Shown piece after piece: positions 62,831 through 64,000 of a DNA stretch of 64,000 nucleotides. This stretch comes from Podarcis liolepis (taxonomy: Eukaryota): the NCBI GenBank assembly GCA_965112155.1, contig OZ218102.1; one strand, 5' to 3'. The stretch's first letter is position 1, and every line of letters begins with the position of its first letter. Below the pieces are notes generated by a model, which saw nothing but the letters and a program-made list of their open reading frames with translations, was not told the DNA's origin and did not search any database. The position numbers were made by a program, and so were the translations under genes.

Positions 62831-63318
62831 CAGTGTCGGATTTACGTATAAGCTAAACAAGCTATAGCTTAAGGCCCCACTGTTGCCCCCCCAAAAAAAA
62901 ATTAAGGAAAAAAAACCCCTGGATGTACATTTCCAAAATATAAGATAAAAAACAAATAAAACCTACATACAGCAACATTGTTTTGTGTCGTGTAGGCTCC
63001 TATGATGTAAGTAATGGGCCCCGCCTGCTAGCCTTCTCCCTAAAATATCACTGCTTTGCTCATTTCTGTGTATAGGGTGACTACATTCTGCATGGGCTTT
63101 GCATTCTGCATGAACTTTTCAACAATTACTTAGATAAAATACATATTTTGTTATGTGCAAATGGCTTTAGTTACATATTAAGTCCACAAATTACCATATA
63201 GCATATATTCAACACAAAAACCAGTGACAATTTGTTGTTGACAAAGGACAACTGGACATATAAAGGGCCCCATTACCTTCCGTAGCTTAGGGCCTCATCA
63301 GACCTAAATCCAGTCCTG
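62831..63318. mobile_element. Non-autonomous hAT element
   Basis: TIRs CAGTGTCGGATTTA / TAAATCCAGTCCTG and an 8-bp TSD CTGAGGAT / CTAAGGAT. Confidence 0.8.
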
Positions 63319-64000
63319 CTAAGGATCATCATCATTTTATTATTTATACCCTGCCCATCTGGCCAGGTTTCCCCAGCCGCTCTGGGCAGGTTCCAACAGA
63401 ACATGAAAACACAATAAAATGTCAAACTTTAAAAACTTCTGGATACAGGGCTGCCTTCAGATGTCTTCTAAAAGTAGTCATCTAGTCCAAACCCCTGCAA
63501 TGTAGGAATATGCAGCTGTCCCATACGGGGACAGAAGGCATTAATCAAGCCACAGGCCCTCATAGGATGGACTAGGTATAAATAATAAACTATTATTATT
63601 ATATTATTATTACTCCTAGGTCAGCATCATCAGATACAGTGATGCAATGATCCTCACACACTGAATGCAGATAAGTGATTCTGCCAGACATCCGGTTCTA
63701 CAAACAATGGCTGCAAAACAGGCTCAGATCCTGTGTTACCCACACTGCAGTGTGGCTGCTTTTACACAGTTCAAAAAACATTTCAGGAAGTGGGCATCAT
63801 GGGCAGGGTTGACAGCATGGTTACTTCCCACTCTGGAAGCTGGTAATCTTGTCTTGAGACTCAACAGCAACACCACCCCATGACCACTTCCTTCAATCAT
63901 GAGTGGAGCAGAATGAGTGTTACCACACCACAACTGGTAACATATGAACTTAAATATTTTCTTCCACCCCCCTCCAAATGAATTTCTGTCCAGGGTATTT

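Noticed and set aside
1-64000. CRISPR arrays, operons, rRNA or endogenous viral ORFs
   Set aside because: This is a vertebrate intron. I saw no repeat-spacer arrays, rRNA or viral protein motifs, although highly decayed viral fragments could not be excluded by eye.

Overview
This is vertebrate genomic DNA, almost certainly from a squamate reptile and probably a lacertid lizard, judged by Sauria/Squam SINEs, BovB, CR1, L2 and RTE LINEs. The window covers the 5' end of DOCK10 (Zizimin3, a DOCK-D family Cdc42/Rac GEF) on the minus strand. Exon 1a (MAVEKTRRFTRSLLRP..., DOCK10.1) lies in a CpG island at ~62.0 kb. The known alternative exon 1b (MSFRGKVFKRE..., DOCK10.2) lies at ~2.2 kb. Both end in phase-0 GT donors, and exon 2 is beyond the left edge of the window. 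The rest is a ~60-kb intron filled with LINE fragments, SINEs, solo LTRs and hAT, Tc1-mariner and Harbinger MITEs, many with readable target-site duplications (TSDs). Two observations stand out. (1) A candidate third coding first exon at 35669-35830 starts MGCAAS..., a myristoylation plus palmitoylation signal, and ends in a phase-0 donor, which would give a lipid-anchored DOCK10. (2) A complete 1.86-kb L1-type non-autonomous retroelement at 51120-52976 has a 17-bp TSD, its own CpG-rich promoter, a single 197-aa orphan ORF and a 3' transduction. Family assignments come from recalled consensus sequences; no searches were run.
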